In this document: positions 62,383 through 64,000 of the stretch, piece by piece | Layout: every line of letters starts with the position of its first letter | Numbering within the stretch: the first letter of the stretch is position 1 | DNA from: an uncultured virus (IMG/VR IMGVR_UViG_3300027971_000053) | Taxonomy: Duplodnaviria > Heunggongvirae > Uroviricota > Caudoviricetes | IMG/VR virus record: IMGVR_UViG_3300027971_000053 | DNA: 64,000 bases | Reading direction: 5' to 3' (one strand) | The notes under the pieces: model-generated | Told to the model about the DNA's origin: nothing | Seen by the model: the letters and a program-made list of their open reading frames with translations, nothing else | Databases searched by the model: none | Translations under genes and position numbers: made by a program

Positions 62383-62388
62383 ATTATA
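62383..62388 (-). promoter_or_regulatory. Putative -10 box of early promoter
   Basis: Perfect TATAAT on - strand; no convincing -35. Confidence 0.45.
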
Positions 62389-62626
62389 AAGATTGGGGTA
62401 TTTTTTAAACGATTTGAACCCCACCCGATACCCACCAACCTGTTTGGTCGTCAAGCCTGCTTGTCCCCCAGATCACTGTTCCTCAGCCATTCCGTTGAAT
62501 TTTGTCAAATCTTGTATAAAAGCGATTTACCGGGGGGTATAAATTTTATAAAAAATGCTAGGGGTTATGTCAAACTTTATACAGAAAAGTGCATGAAATT
62601 TCAATAAAAAAACATGCAAAACTAAA

Positions 62627-62657
62627 TGATGCAGCGCAACAAAATGTGTAATATAAT
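62627..62657 (+). promoter_or_regulatory. Promoter with TGATGCAGCGCAACA dyad over the -35 region
   Basis: TATAAT at 62652-62657; imperfect dyad at 62627-62641. Confidence 0.5.
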
Positions 62658-62687
62658 ACACAAACTAATAACCTAAAGGAGAAAACC

Positions 62688-62804
62688 ATGTTTGATTTCA
62701 CTAAACAAACCAAGCAGTTCGAGCAGTTGGCAGAGCGCATCAAGGAAGTAAACGATTTTTGGATCGACGCTTTTATTTCAAGCATCAAGCAGTTCACTAA
62801 GTAA
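62688..62804 (+). CDS. 38-aa amphipathic peptide (not in ORF track)
   Basis: AAGGAG RBS; MFDFTKQTKQFEQLAERIKEVNDFWIDAFISSIKQFTK; own promoter; hairpin after stop. Confidence 0.7.
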   Translation: MFDFTKQTKQFEQLAERIKEVNDFWIDAFISSIKQFTK

Positions 62805-62891
62805 TAAAAAACCCCCACGTCTTAGGTGGGGGTTCAAAAAATGCCCTACTAATCAACACCAACGCCCAAACGAAGGAGGAAAAGCGCTGGT
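62805..62891 (-). ncRNA. Candidate ~87-nt sRNA with anti-Shine-Dalgarno loop
   Basis: TATAAT at 62898-62903 (-); 10-bp 5' stem with loop UUCCUCCUUCGUUU; 3' terminator with U-tract. Confidence 0.55.
62806..62834 (-). terminator. Intrinsic terminator (U-tract on - strand), probably shared with the convergent peptide gene
   Basis: AAAA-AACCCCCAC-GTCTTAG-GTGGGGGTT on +. Confidence 0.7.
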
Positions 62892-62974
62892 AAACAAATT
62901 ATACACAAAAACTAAAAAACAATATATACTCCAGCCATACGTGAGCACCACACGCAACCAAAGGGGAATAGCAT

Positions 62975-63553
62975 TTGTTTTTAGAACACCTAGTCACAGC
63001 ATCTGCAGCAGACTTTGTACCGGACATCCTGCCCGACAAGACCCCTTTCACTGAATTAAATACCACCACACCAGCGCAAACGCTAAACGCCCAGAAGAAA
63101 ACATCTGACTGGTTAGCCCAGTTTGACGACGATGACGAAGCAACGCTTACTAAAACCCAAGAAGAAAAAGTAACCGACACTTTCAACGCTTTAACCCGTG
63201 CAGACCCCAACGCAAAAAACAAATTACTACAGCTCGACCTGCCAGAAGAGATAAAAGCAGCTATTGGAATGGTGACGGCCTACCAGTGGAAGTTTGTTGA
63301 GCAGGCAGAAAACTTAAGAAGCCTTGCGGTATCGAAAATAGTAAAAGAAATTGAGCACCCCGACGCCCGTATCAGGCTTAAAGCATTGGAAATGCTAGGA
63401 AAAGTTACAGAAGTGGCGTTGTTCACCGACAGAGTCCAAGTAAAAACAGAAGAAATCAGTGACGAAGAGTTAGATAAACAGATCAAAGACAAACTTGAGC
63501 GGTACATGGGCGCTGTTGATGTAGTAGATGCCGATGTTAAGGATGTAGAGTAG
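62975..63553 (+). CDS. Putative terminase small subunit
   Basis: Directly upstream of TerL; RLKALEMLGK motif; TTG start after AAGGGG. Confidence 0.6.
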   Translation: MFLEHLVTASAADFVPDILPDKTPFTELNTTTPAQTLNAQKKTSDWLAQFDDDDEATLTKTQEEKVTDTFNALTRADPNAKNKLLQLDLPEEIKAAIGMVTAYQWKFVEQAENLRSLAVSKIVKEIEHPDARIRLKALEMLGKVTEVALFTDRVQVKTEEISDEELDKQIKDKLERYMGAVDVVDADVKDVE

Positions 63554-63555
63554 TC

Positions 63556-64000
63556 GTGGATTTAGATTTTTTAACTCCCGAAGAAGCCTTGGCAGCACAA
63601 AAGGCACTCAAAGACATGAATAAAGCGCAAAAGATTGCATATCTGAATCTTTTGGAGAAGAAAGAAGAGCGCGGTAATTTAAAACTAGCGCAGACAAGCC
63701 CGATAGAGTTCGCAAAACGCGTATATCCTGGGTTTAAAGTAGGCCCGCACCATAGAAGGTTAGCTAAAATCTTCCAAGACGTAGTCGATGGTAAGAAAAA
63801 GCGGGTTATTATTAATATTGCACCACGTATGGGTAAGTCGGAGTTCAGCTCTTACTTATTCCCCGCCTATTTTTTAGGCAACTTCCCCCATAAGAAGATC
63901 ATCATGGGAACCCATACGGCGTCTCTCTCCGAAGACTTTGGTCGACGGGTAAGGAACTTAATTGACTCAGAAGAATACAGAGAAATCTTCCCAGATACCG
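63556..64000 (+). CDS. terL: Terminase large subunit, N-terminal part (3' truncated)
   Basis: Open from GTG 63556; PHHRRL, RVIINIAPRMGKS Walker A, FGRRVRN. Confidence 0.88.
   Translation, partial: MDLDFLTPEEALAAQKALKDMNKAQKIAYLNLLEKKEERGNLKLAQTSPIEFAKRVYPGFKVGPHHRRLAKIFQDVVDGKKKRVIINIAPRMGKSEFSSYLFPAYFLGNFPHKKIIMGTHTASLSEDFGRRVRNLIDSEEYREIFPDT

Noticed and set aside
62570..62818. 82-aa - strand ORF in the track
   Set aside because: Antisense to a 38-aa + strand ORF that has a clear promoter and RBS; it starts inside a terminator
1..64000. Stop-codon reassignment, tRNA genes, introns/inteins, integrase
   Set aside because: Genes are intact and tightly packed under the standard code; no cloverleaf, intein or recombinase motifs recognised by eye, though tRNAscan and HMM searches were not run

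Overview
The window is most of one tailed dsDNA phage genome, probably podovirus-like. It opens in the 3' end of a portal gene and ends in the 5' end of the large terminase gene, so only a few kb appear to be missing (inference). The + strand (1-39.3 kb) carries morphogenesis genes: portal, GroES-like co-chaperonin, scaffold, Mu-gpT-like capsid, small basic proteins, adaptor/nozzle, glycine-rich and lectin-like fibres, holin, M15 endolysin, ejection proteins and a 2850-aa polyvalent protein. A five-gene antisense island follows the capsid gene. The - strand (39.3-62.3 kb) carries replication genes (primase-helicase, SSB-like, SNF2 helicase, exonuclease, PolA), an AAA/vWA module and many small early genes. 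I saw no integrase, tRNA, rRNA or CRISPR array. The most striking unexplained signals are non-coding and cluster at 57.8-62.9 kb: seven copies of a 16-bp palindrome (GGAGAGAATTCTCTCC), an 18-bp inverted repeat around an AT-rich spacer, a candidate sRNA with an anti-Shine-Dalgarno loop converging on a 38-aa peptide gene, and a terminator-like hairpin directly after the early promoter. There is also a double-pseudoknot RNA at 5.6 kb and a recurrent phi-x-x-G-G peptide motif in putative internal virion proteins. All family assignments come from motif recognition by eye, not database searches.
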